NCBI GenBank assembly: GCA_963757055.1
Contig: CAVWPX010000008.1
Location: 144,298-208,297 of the forward strand
Direction of reading: 5' to 3'
From: an uncultured Chloroflexia bacterium
Lineage (GTDB): Bacteria; Chloroflexota; Limnocylindria; Limnocylindrales; CSP1-4
Length of the DNA stretch: 64,000 bases
Of this stretch, positions 13,879 to 22,393 are shown in pieces (position 1 is the stretch's first letter; every line of letters begins with the position of its first letter). Below the pieces are notes generated by a model. The model was given only the letters and a program-made list of their open reading frames with translations, did not search any database and was not told where the DNA came from. The translations under genes were made by a program, and so were the position numbers.

Positions 13879-13956
13879 GACCCGGATCGCCCTCCACCAT
13901 CCGGGTCTTCGGGGACAGTGAACGCCGGCGTCTGGGGCGCCGGCGTTCACATTTGT
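13879..13956 (+). terminator. Two consecutive stem-loops downstream of the XRE gene. The second is a 13-bp perfect stem followed by ATTTGT.
   Basis: gacccggat (13879-13887) pairs with atccgggtc (13899-13907). gtgaacgccggcg (13918-13930) pairs with cgccggcgttcac (13938-13950) across the loop tctgggg. Confidence 0.45.
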
Positions 13957-13957
13957 C

Positions 13958-14157
13958 CGGGGTCCGTGCTCGCCGCTCGAACGACGATCCGACGGCGCGC
14001 CGTTGCCGAGGCGCCGCCTCCTCGTCGCCCGACCGGCGTCCATGGGCGGGGCACGTAAACGCTGAACCTTGCCTCGGGGTCCGTGCTCGCCGCTCGAACG
14101 ACGATCCGGCGGCGCGCCGTTGCCGAGGCGCCGCCTCCTCGTCGCCCGACCGGCGTC
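13958..14157 (+). repeat. Two direct copies of an 83-nt GC-rich repeat (13958-14040 and 14075-14157) with 1 mismatch and a 34-nt spacer.
   Basis: cggggtccgtgctcgccgctcgaacgacgatccg[a/g]cggcgcgccgttgccgaggcgccgcctcctcgtcgcccgaccggcgtc. It contains the perfect 12-nt palindrome acggcgcgccgt in copy 1; the a/g difference breaks it to 10 nt in copy 2. The second copy abuts the stop of the gene at 14156. Confidence 0.9.
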
Positions 14158-15758
14158 AGGGCGCCACGTAGACCGAGATCGTGCGGCCTGGGGCGGCCTC
14201 GAAGCGGTCGGCGAGCGTCGGGGTGCCGCTTGCTGCGCTGAACGGGCGGGCGGCCAGGGAGGCGTCCTCGGCTGGGCCGCCGCAGGGGGCGCCGATCGCC
14301 TCTTCGAACAGCGAGTCGCAGACGATCACCAGGGTGTCGGCGGAGGCCTCGTCGCGGACGTCCGCGCCGTCGCGGATCAGCGGGTAGCGGTAGGCCTCGG
14401 CGGTCTTGAACACCGGGAGCGAGCGGAGCGAGACGGGCCGGCCGGTCACCGCCGCCTCGATCCGCGTGGCGGCCGCCGCCGCGGCGGGGAAGCCGCCGTC
14501 GGGCGTGACGGCGGGGGGCAGATGCGCGACGTTCCACCCGATCAGGGCCACGACGACGCCCGCGGCGACGAGCGCGGGCACCTGCCGGAGTCCGGGTGAT
14601 GCTGACGACCCCACGGTGGCGCGGAGGCTCGCCGCGGCGCCGGCACCCAGGCCGAGCAGCACGAACACCATCGGGTCCGCGAACGCGTGATAGTGGTCGT
14701 TGGGCAGGCCGGCGACGACCGTCGCCAGACCGGGCGCCGCGAACGTGAGCGCGACCGCGGTCCAGGCGAGCCCGAGGCCCAGCCAGCGGACCGCCGTCCG
14801 CTCGCCGGGTGGGTCCGTCGACCGCCAGCGCCAGACGACGATGGCGACGATCAGGACGAGCGCCAGCGCCGACGCGATCGGCGCGTCGGTGATCAGCCCG
14901 ATGAGCGGCCACGCCACGACGCGGATGGCGACGACCAGCAGGCGGCCGACCGGCCCCATCGTCGCGGGATCGCCGCCGCCGGCGATGTAGTCGAGCGCGG
15001 CGTGCAGCTCGCTGAAGGCACTGGTCAGCTCGTGGATCGCGAGCGGGATGTAGCTCGCGGCGACGATCGCGAGACCGCCAAGCCCGACGAGCAGCACGGC
15101 TCGACGGCCGGGCCCCGGACCGCGCCGCCGCGCATCCGCGAGGAGCAGCGCCCCCACGATCGGCAGCAGCGTGACGCCCAGGACGTGGCACTGCATGGTC
15201 GCGGCGGTCCCGATGGCTGCCAACGACCCACCATCGAGCGCGTCGGGTCGTCCAGGCCCGCCACGAGGCCGCCAGGGCGACCGCGCTCGTCAGGGCGATG
15301 AGGTTCGGGTTCCAGATGAAGGTCGATTCCTCGATCGCGGACGCCGAGAGCGCCATGACCAGTCCCGCCACGAGGCCCGCGACGGGACCCCCGATCGAGC
15401 GGGCCAGCCACCACGTGACGCCCACGGCGGCGATCCCGAAGAGCGCGATCTCGAACACGACGGCCAGCGGCGAGTCGCCGCCGGTGAGGGCCGCGGCCGG
15501 GGCGAGCAGGAAGTAGTACCCGGCCCCGTGATGGAAGTCGCCGATGGACGTCGGCGGCCCGAGCAGCGGGACGACGCCGTCGCGCACGAACGCGCGGAGC
15601 ACCAGCATGTCGTGCCCCTGGTCGGCGTCCCAGGTCCCGCGCGTGGCCAGGTCGGGCAGGCGCATGACCGCGGCGAGGGCGATCAGTCCGAGCAGGACCG
15701 CCAGGTCGATGGACCTGGCGGAGACCCGGGGCGGACGCGCCGGCGGGGCGCCGGTCAC
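14156..15758 (-). CDS. Polytopic GT-C-type membrane glycosyltransferase (PMT_2/ArnT-like). The frame is interrupted near 15212-15225.
   Basis: The N-terminal part lies in the frame of ORF 13947..16907 (VTGAPP...DLAVLLGLIALAAVMRLPDLATRGTWDADQGHDMLVLRAFVRDGVVPLLGPPTSIGDFHHGAGYYFLL...). The rest is ORF 14156..15223. The GTG start overlaps the nfo stop (GTGA). Confidence 0.68.
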
Positions 15759-16754
15759 CGCACGCCCGTCGGCTCGGGCTCGGCGGGGCCCGACCTGGCC
15801 CGGCTGCCGCGGAGCTCCATCGCTTCCGGCGGCAGGGTCTCGAGGGGCCGCCCGGCCGCGAGGTCGTACGCCCGCGCGACGTTGATGGCGTCGTAGCCCT
15901 CGTCCATGCCCGGCGTCTCGATGTAATAGGCGGTCCGGGCGAGGCCAGGGTGGGTGAGGATCGTCGCCAGGCCGCGCTCGCCGATCCGCCCCGCCCCGAG
16001 ATGCTCGTGGCGGTCCATGAGCGACCCGCGCTCCACCTTCGAATCGTTGAGATGGACCATCACCAGCCGCTCGAGCCCGATGCGCGCGTCGAATGCGCGG
16101 AGGAACGCGTCGACGGTCTCGGGCTCGGACAGGTCGATCCCGGCGCCCCAGGCATGGGCCGTGTCGAGGCAGAAGCCGGTCCGGGCGTCGTCGATGCCCC
16201 GCGCCGCGAGCGCATCGGCGATCTCGGTCAGCTCGTCGAGGTCGACGCCGAGGGTGTACCCGCCACCGGCCGAGTTCTCGAGCACGAGTCGGACCGACGC
16301 TGGCACCGGCCTCGGCCTGCGCGAGGACCCGGGCGACGCCGTCGGCCAGCCGGGCCACGCCGTCGGCCACGGTGGTGTCGCGATGCGAGCCGATGTGGAC
16401 GTTCAGGAACGCGGCGTCGAACGCCGGCGCCGTCCGGAGGTCATGGGCCAGGATCTCGATGGACCGCTCGTACGCGACAGGCTCCGGGCCGGCGAGGTTG
16501 ACCAGGTACGCCGCGTGGATCGCGACCGGGCCGATGCCGCGGTCGGCGAGCCGCTCGCGGAAGGCCGGCGCGTCCTCGGGCGGCTCGGGGCGACGGCGCC
16601 AGGCGGTGGGGTTGTCGCCGAAGACCTGGATGGCGGTCGCGCCGATCGTGGACGCCCGCTCGACGGCTGCCGCGAGACCCGACGCGACGGACAGGTGGGC
16701 ACCGAGTCGTCGACCGTCTGGCAGCACCGACGCATCGTACGATGCCGGCACCAT
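15755..16754 (-). CDS. nfo: Deoxyribonuclease IV (endonuclease IV, AP endonuclease). The frame is interrupted near 16288-16296.
   Basis: The N-terminal part reads ...RRLGAHLSVASGLAAAVERASTIGATAIQVFGDNPTAWRRRP...IHAAYLVNLA...NVHIGSH. The C-terminal part (ORF 15755..16306) reads VRLVLENSAGGG...CLDTAHAWGAG...HLNDSK...DRHEHLG. The alternative start GTG 16727 would remove the overlap with the divergent gene. Confidence 0.85.
16732..16745. promoter_or_regulatory. Perfect 14-nt palindrome between the divergent nfo and DUF2087 starts (candidate operator).
   Basis: gcatcgtacgatgc is its own reverse complement and lies 8 nt upstream of ATG 16753. Confidence 0.3.
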
Positions 16755-17099
16755 GCCCCACGACACCGACCAGCCCGTGCCGCGCCGCCCGCGTCCCGAG
16801 CCGGGGATCGGCCCGGCCGGCGAGACGCTGCCGCCCGAGGTGGCGAGGGTCCTGCGGTCCTTCTTCCGAGACGACCGGCTCGCCACGATCCCGGCCAACG
16901 CCGCCAAGCGTCGGACCGTGCTCGTCTACCTGCGTGACCGCTGCTTCACGGAGGACCGGGCGTATCCGGAGAAGGAGGTCAACCAGCGCCTGGCGCTGTT
17001 CCACCCGGACGTCGCGGCGCTGCGCCGGTACATGGTGGACGGCGGCCTGATGACGCGCGCCAACGGCGAGTACCGCCGGCGGAGCCGCCCGGGGACTAG
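16753..17099 (+). CDS. DUF2087-domain protein (putative regulator). The 3' end is uncertain.
   Basis: ...VLRSFFRDDRLATIPANAAKRRTVLVYLRDRCFTEDRAYPEKEVNQRLALFHPDVAALRRYMVDGGLMTRANGEYRR matches my memory of DUF2087. There is no in-frame stop until 18603. TAG 17097-17099 becomes in-frame with a 1-nt change in the CCCGGGG run just before it. Confidence 0.55.
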
Positions 17100-17145
17100 C
17101 CGGGCGCCGCGGCCGGAGCCGCCCGGACTAGCCGGCGCGCCGCCG
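17080..17145. repeat. Imperfect tandem duplication (about 33 nt x2) at the convergent DUF2087/hpf junction.
   Basis: cggagccgcccggggactagccgggcgccgcgg (17080-17112) and cggagccgcccggactagccggcgcgccgccg (17114-17145). Each copy carries CTAG. The hpf stop is the CTA at 17128-17130. Confidence 0.7.
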
Positions 17146-17727
17146 CCCGGCGTCGATCTGGGAGGGCGTGTAGGCACCGCCGACCGACGGCTCGATCATC
17201 CCGAAGTCCCCGTCCGCCCGCGCGTAGAGGATCGCGATCTGCTCGTTCTCGGCGTTCACGAACACGTAGAAGGTGTGGCCGAGCTCCTGCATCGCCGCGA
17301 TCGCGTCCTCCTCGAACATCGGCTCGATGGCGAAGCGCTTCGTCTTGACGACCCGCGGCTCGTGGCCCGGCTCCGAGGTCCCGTCCGCGATGCGCGACAG
17401 GATGTGCTTCTCCTCGGTCGGCCGCTGGCGGAGGCGGGGCTTCTCCTTGTGGTCCACGGCCTGGCGCTCGACCTTGTCGACGACCGCGTCGATGGCGGCC
17501 TGATAGCTCGCGCCGGCAGCGTGGCTGTGCAGGGTCCGCCCGTTGATGACCAGCGTCACCTCGGCGATGTGGGCGTCGTCGACGCTGCGGTGGTGCTCGT
17601 TCGAGAGCTCCACGATGGCATCGGTCCGGTCGTCCAGGAACCGGGCGATGTGGCCGAGCTTCCGCTCGGCGTAGGCGCGAACGTGGTCGGGGACCTCGAC
17701 GTTCTTGCCCTTGACGATCGTCCTCAT
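17128..17727 (-). CDS. hpf: Ribosome hibernation promoting factor, long form.
   Basis: A 199-aa ORF. The N-terminal S30AE/RaiA fold is MRTIVKGKNVEVPDHVRAYAERKLGHIARF... and the C-terminal dimerisation domain is ...VVKTKRFAIEPMFEEDAIAAMQELGHTFYVFVNAENEQIAILYARADGDFGMIEP. Confidence 0.9.
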   Translation of the reverse strand: MRTIVKGKNVEVPDHVRAYAERKLGHIARFLDDRTDAIVELSNEHHRSVDDAHIAEVTLVINGRTLHSHAAGASYQAAIDAVVDKVERQAVDHKEKPRLRQRPTEEKHILSRIADGTSEPGHEPRVVKTKRFAIEPMFEEDAIAAMQELGHTFYVFVNAENEQIAILYARADGDFGMIEPSVGGAYTPSQIDAGRRRAG

Positions 17728-17822
17728 CCGTCACCTCCCCGGGGCCGGTCTCGGAACGCCGAGTATAGACCCGGGGCCGTGGCCCGGACCCCGCGTCGGG
17801 CGGACAGGGCGGACCGCCGAGG

Positions 17823-18495
17823 TCAGCGCTCCCGCGCGACGGTGACCGACGAGACGCCGAGGACGCCGGCCTCCGCGAGCACCGCCGCGCACGCCGACAG
17901 CGTGGCGCCCGTGGTCATGACGTCGTCGACGAGCACGACCCATCGGCCGCGGACGGCCGCCGCCGCGGCCGGGGTCGGTCATCGCGAAGGCGCCGGCCAC
18001 GTTGGCCGCCCGGTCGGGCCGGTCGAGGTGGTACTGCGCGACCGTCGCCCGCTGCCGCGCGAGGACGGTCGCCGCGGGCACGCCCAGCGCGGTCGCCGCG
18101 GCCTCGGCGAGGAGGACGGCCTGGTCGTAGCCGCGCTGGGCGGCGCGGGCATGGTGGACCGGGACCGGGACGAGGAGGTCGCCACCCGCGCCGACGGCCG
18201 TCCAGCGCCGCGCGATCGCCTCGCCGAGCGGCCGGGCGAGCCGTCGCTCACCGGCGTATTTCAGCTGGTGCAGCGCGGTCCGCACGACGCCGCCGAACGG
18301 CGCGCACCACTCGACCTGCAGCAGGCCGGGCGGGAGATCGGCCGGGAGGCCGATGGGGACGCCAGGCGGCAGCTCGAGACGCGCGTCCAGCGCCGGACGG
18401 CAGGACGGGCAGATCGGGTCGCCCTCGCGGCCGCAGCCGGCGCAGGTCGCCGGGAAGGCGATGTCCAGGCTGCGCGCGACGAGCCGACCGAGCAC
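17823..18495 (-). CDS. comF: ComF-family phosphoribosyltransferase-like protein. The frame is interrupted near 17965-17985.
   Basis: GTG start. The N-terminal zinc ribbon is CAGCGREGDPICPSC. The PRTase motif GRWVVLVDDVMTTGATLSACAAVLAEAGVLGVSSVTVARER* is readable only after a shift at a G/C run, with TGA at 17823-17825. Confidence 0.8.
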
Positions 18496-18589
18496 GGTCC
18501 GATGCTGATGGCCGCCGCTGCACCGCGGCTCATCCGGCCGTGCATCGGCGCGTATCCGGCCGCGGACGCCACCGCGACGAGCGCGCGTC

Positions 18590-18925
18590 CTACAGGAGCG
18601 TGATGACGTCGCCGACCTGGGTGCCGGTGCGATCCACGGTGCCGATCGGCAGCTCGAGGACCCCGTGGGCGCCGCGGACGAGCGGCACCAGACCGGTCCA
18701 CCGCCGCAGCGAGCGATGGACGGACACCACGGGCCGCCCGCCGCCGCGCTCCGGATCGGGGTGGCCGACGAAGATGGCGTCGATCGGGAAGCGCATGAAC
18801 ATCATGTGGATCCCGTTGCTGTCGGGCAGCCACAGGGCGGCATCGGGCTCGAGCGAGGCTCGCCCCATCAGGCCCTTGAACTTGCCCCACAGGCTGGAGG
18901 CCACCTCCACGCGGGCGGCCACCAT
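18590..18925 (-). CDS. DUF192 (COG1430) domain protein.
   Basis: A 111-aa ORF with ...KFKGLMGRASLEPDAALWLPDSNGIHMMFMRFPIDAIFV...VLELPIGT, which matches my memory of DUF192. It lies 36 nt downstream of tadC on the same strand. Confidence 0.7.
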   Translation of the reverse strand: MVAARVEVASSLWGKFKGLMGRASLEPDAALWLPDSNGIHMMFMRFPIDAIFVGHPDPERGGGRPVVSVHRSLRRWTGLVPLVRGAHGVLELPIGTVDRTGTQVGDVITLL

Positions 18926-18961
18926 CGTGGCCCGCGAGGTGTTTCGCGCGGTGAGGATCGT

Positions 18962-19897
18962 CTAGGTCCCGTTCCCGAGGTTCTGGACGATCAGGATGAT
19001 CGCCGGTCCCAGGATGACGATGAACAGCGACGGGAAGATGCAGCCGACGAGCGGGAACAGCATCTTGATCGGCGCCTTGGCCGCCTGCTCCTCCGCCCGC
19101 TGGCGGCGCTCGATGCGCAGCTGCTCGGACTGGACCTGGAGCACCTTCGAGATCGACACGCCGAGCTGCTCGGCCTGGATGATCGCGCCGATGAAGTTGG
19201 TCAGCGGGGCGACTTCCGTGCGCGGGACGATGTCGCGGAGCGCGTCTCGGCGAGCCTTGCCGACGCGGACCTCGGCCAGCGCGCGGCGGAACTCGTCGGT
19301 CAGCGGGCCCTGCAGCTTGTCGACGACGCGTCCGAGCGCGGCATCGAAGCCGAGGCCGGCGCGGACGGAGATCGTCAGCAGGTCGAGGGCGTCCGGGATC
19401 ATCAGCAGGATGAGCTTCTGGCGCTTCTTCACCCTGCGGCCCAGCCAGAACTCCGGGACGGTATAGCCGAGGAGGACGCCGACGACCGTCATCAGCATGG
19501 CGACCAGGAACGGCAGCTTGATCACGCCGACGACGACGAACAGCAGGAAGAAGATGATCCCGCCGACGACGGCGCCGATCGCCTTGATGCCAAGCCAGTC
19601 GTTGACGCGGAGGTCGCCGGGGTTTCCGGCGAGCGCGAGGTTCTTCTCGGTGCGCTCGCTGAAGGACGCGCTCGTGACCCTGGCCACGCTGCCGGACATG
19701 CGAGCGGCGAGCGGGCGCAGCGTCCGTTCGATGAACGGCTGCTGGAGCTCGAGCTCCTCGAGGTTCTTGGCCTGCATCGACCCGAGCTGGGAGAGGCGGG
19801 CCTGGACCGGGTCGACCGACGAGCCGCCGGCGAGGCTGATGAAGATCAGAAGGATCGCCCCGGCCGCGACGGCCGCGATGACGATGGGAAGAAGCAT
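18962..19897 (-). CDS. tadC: Tad pilus inner-membrane platform protein TadC (T2SS F family).
   Basis: A 311-aa protein with an N-terminal TM helix, a cytoplasmic helical domain and C-terminal TM helices. It is a paralogue of the adjacent tadB and lies downstream of cpaF. Confidence 0.85.
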   Translation of the reverse strand: MLLPIVIAAVAAGAILLIFISLAGGSSVDPVQARLSQLGSMQAKNLEELELQQPFIERTLRPLAARMSGSVARVTSASFSERTEKNLALAGNPGDLRVNDWLGIKAIGAVVGGIIFFLLFVVVGVIKLPFLVAMLMTVVGVLLGYTVPEFWLGRRVKKRQKLILLMIPDALDLLTISVRAGLGFDAALGRVVDKLQGPLTDEFRRALAEVRVGKARRDALRDIVPRTEVAPLTNFIGAIIQAEQLGVSISKVLQVQSEQLRIERRQRAEEQAAKAPIKMLFPLVGCIFPSLFIVILGPAIILIVQNLGNGT

Positions 19898-19901
19898 CGG
19901 G

Positions 19902-20918
19902 CTAGACCTCGATGTCGACGATCTTGCGGATGAGCATGAACCCGACGAACATCATGAATCCACCGACGATGAGGATGATCACCCCGGCCGGCAGGCCGAG
20001 GACCTCGGGTGGTGATGCGAACATCGGCTCCATGAAGCCGGGCGCGGCGACGAACAGGAAGCCGGCCAGCGCGATCGGCAGGAAGCCGACGACGTAGCCC
20101 GACAGGCGCTGCTGGGCGGTCAGGGTGCGGATCTCGCCCTTGATCCGGACGCGCTCGCGGATCGTGAACGCGATCGAGTCGAGGATCTCGGCGAGGTTGC
20201 CGCCGACCTGGTGCTGGATGGAGATGGCGGTGGCCATCAGCTCGAGGTCGTCCGAGCGGACCCGGCGGACCATGTTCTCGAGGGCCTGGTCGAACGGCAG
20301 GCCGAGGTTGACCTCCCGGATGACCCGGCCGAACTCCGTCGAGATCGGCGGCCGCGACTCGCGGACGACCAGCTCGATGGCCTGCAGGAAGGACGAGCCG
20401 GCCCGCAGCGCGTTGGCGATCAGGGTGATGGTGTCCGGGAGCTGCTTGTTGAAGGCGCCCAGCCGGCCGTTCTTGCGGCGGTTGAGCCAGAAGCGCGGGA
20501 TGAAGAAGCCGATCAGGGCGCCGATGAGCAGGAAGAGCGGGTTGCCCAGCGCCGGGAAGAGGAAGGACAGCAGGAACATGCCCGCCGGGACGCCGACGAT
20601 GCAGCCGGCCCAGATGAGCAGGTACTCCGACACCTTGAGCTTGAGGTCGGCCCGGGCGATCTCCCGGGAGAGGTTGGCGCCGAAGTCACGCTGCTCGACG
20701 ACCCGGTTGAGGTTCGCGAGCGCCTGGCTCTGGGCGATGAAGTCGGTGACGGGCCCCTGGCCTGTCGAGGCGGCGGCCTTCTTGTCGGCCTGGCCTGTCG
20801 AGGCATACCGCTCGAGGCGGTCCGAGATCCCCGATCCACCGGACGTCGCGATGCCGACTGCGATGAGCAGGATCGCCAGGGCGGCGACGCCGGCGAGCGC
20901 GAGCGCGATGGGCTCCAC
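19902..20918 (-). CDS. tadB: Tad pilus inner-membrane platform protein TadB (T2SS F family).
   Basis: A 338-aa protein with ...LPDTITLIANALRAGSSFLQAIELVVRE.... It has a T2SSF-type architecture and sits between cpaF and tadC. Confidence 0.85.
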   Translation of the reverse strand: MEPIALALAGVAALAILLIAVGIATSGGSGISDRLERYASTGQADKKAAASTGQGPVTDFIAQSQALANLNRVVEQRDFGANLSREIARADLKLKVSEYLLIWAGCIVGVPAGMFLLSFLFPALGNPLFLLIGALIGFFIPRFWLNRRKNGRLGAFNKQLPDTITLIANALRAGSSFLQAIELVVRESRPPISTEFGRVIREVNLGLPFDQALENMVRRVRSDDLELMATAISIQHQVGGNLAEILDSIAFTIRERVRIKGEIRTLTAQQRLSGYVVGFLPIALAGFLFVAAPGFMEPMFASPPEVLGLPAGVIILIVGGFMMFVGFMLIRKIVDIEV

Positions 20919-20939
20919 GGTCAGGTCTCCTTCCGTCGC

Positions 20940-22349
20940 CTAGTACGAGAAGCCGAAGAGGCCAGGAGGCAGGTTGATGCCCATGATCTCGAACTTCTCG
21001 ACGAACTTCGGCCGGATCCCGGTCGGCTTGAGCCGGCCCTGGATCTTGCCCTCGACGACGCCGGTCTGCTCGAAGACGAAGACGTCCTGCATGACGATGA
21101 CATCGCCTTCCATGCCCTGGACCTCGGTGATGTTGACGATCTTCCGGGTCCCGTCCTTGAGGCGGCTCTGCTGGACGATGAGGTCGACCGCCGAGGCGAC
21201 CTGCTCGCGGATGGCCCGCAGGGGCAGGTCGACGCCGGCCATCAGGACCATCGTCTCGAGCCGCGACAGCATGTCGCGGGGGCTGTTGGCGTGGCCGGTC
21301 GACATCGAGCCGTCGTGGCCGGTGTTCATGGCCTGGAGCATGTCCAGGGCCTCACCGGAACGGCACTCTCCGACGATGATCCGGTCTGGCCGCATGCGCA
21401 GGGCGTTGCGGACGAGCTCGCGGATCGGGATGGCGCCCTTGCCCTCGATGTTCGGGGGCCGGGACTCCAGGGTCACGACGTGCTCCTGGCGGAGCTGCAG
21501 CTCGGCCGCGTCCTCGATCGTCACGATCCGCTCGTCGTTCGGGATGAACGAGGAGAGGACGTTGAGCGTCGTGGTCTTGCCCGAGCCGGTGCCGCCGGAC
21601 ACGAAGATGTTGAGCCGGGCCTCCACGCAGGCGCGGAGGAAGTCGAACATGTCGGCGGTCGCCGTGCCGAAGCGGATGAGGTCGTCGACCGTGAAGGGCG
21701 AGGCCGAGAACTTCCGGATCGTGATGACGGGGCCGACCAGCGACAGCGGCGGGATGATGGCGTTGACACGGGAACCGTCGGTCAGGCGGGCGTCGACCAT
21801 CGGGGACGACTCGTCGACGCGCCGGCCGATCGGGGCGATGATCCGGTCGATGATGCGCATGACGTGGTCGTCGTTCTGGAAGACGACGTTGGTCAGCTCC
21901 AGCTTGCCGGAGCGCTCGATGTAGACCTGGCGCGGTCCGTTGACCATGACCTCGGTGATGCTGTCATCGCGGAGGAGCGGCTCGAGCGGGCCGAGGCCGA
22001 TGATCTCGTCGGTGATCTGCTCGAGCATCCGGACGCGCTCGGCACGGGTCAGCGCGAGGCCTTCCTCGTCGATGACCTTGCCGAAGATCTCCTCGATCTG
22101 GCGCCGGACCTCGACCTGGTTGGACAGGTCGAGCTTCGGGTCCAGGTCCTGGATGACCCGGTTCTGGATCCGGAACTTGACGTCCCGGAACGACTCCCGG
22201 ACCGGCGCCTGGCTGGTCAGCCGCGGCGACGGCGCACTCGGCGGCGCGCCGCCCGGTGCGACGGGCAGGTTGGAACCGGGTGCGCCCGGAGCGCCCTCGG
22301 GTCCGGGCGAACCCGGTCGAGCGCTTTCGATCCGCTTCAGGAGGGACAT
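20940..22349 (-). CDS. tadA: Tad pilus secretion ATPase TadA/CpaF.
   Basis: An intact 469-aa ORF with Walker A VSGGTGSGKTTTLNVL, the Asp box RIVTIEDAAEL and the His box ...TGHDGSMSTGHANS. Confidence 0.95.
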   Translation of the reverse strand: MSLLKRIESARPGSPGPEGAPGAPGSNLPVAPGGAPPSAPSPRLTSQAPVRESFRDVKFRIQNRVIQDLDPKLDLSNQVEVRRQIEEIFGKVIDEEGLALTRAERVRMLEQITDEIIGLGPLEPLLRDDSITEVMVNGPRQVYIERSGKLELTNVVFQNDDHVMRIIDRIIAPIGRRVDESSPMVDARLTDGSRVNAIIPPLSLVGPVITIRKFSASPFTVDDLIRFGTATADMFDFLRACVEARLNIFVSGGTGSGKTTTLNVLSSFIPNDERIVTIEDAAELQLRQEHVVTLESRPPNIEGKGAIPIRELVRNALRMRPDRIIVGECRSGEALDMLQAMNTGHDGSMSTGHANSPRDMLSRLETMVLMAGVDLPLRAIREQVASAVDLIVQQSRLKDGTRKIVNITEVQGMEGDVIVMQDVFVFEQTGVVEGKIQGRLKPTGIRPKFVEKFEIMGINLPPGLFGFSY

Positions 22350-22393
22350 CGCCTACACCCCTTCTCGCCCCGAGGGGCTCGCTACGGCCATGG

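Noticed and set aside
13958-14157. A possible mini-CRISPR array (two repeats separated by a 34-nt spacer).
   Set aside because: There are only two copies. The 83-nt repeat length is far outside CRISPR repeat sizes. A third partial copy is inverted 3 kb away, and there are no cas genes. The features fit a REP/MITE-like element better.
13087-14160. A prophage or mobile-element remnant (solitary XRE regulator with repeats and long spacers).
   Set aside because: There is no integrase, transposase, toxin partner or att-like direct repeat bracketing the gene. The evidence is insufficient beyond a stand-alone regulator flanked by REP-like repeats.
13947-16907. A 986-aa ORF on the minus strand.
   Set aside because: It is a composite of the N-terminal halves of nfo and the 14156 GT-C gene, plus out-of-frame and repeat-derived sequence. 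The tail ...GRRGGGASATARRRIVVRAASTDP x2 is simply the 83-nt repeat translated.
16093-18603. An 836-aa ORF on the plus strand.
   Set aside because: Only 16753 to about 17099 (the DUF2087 protein) looks real. The remainder is antisense to hpf and comF and is Arg/Gly/Asp-rich with no motifs.
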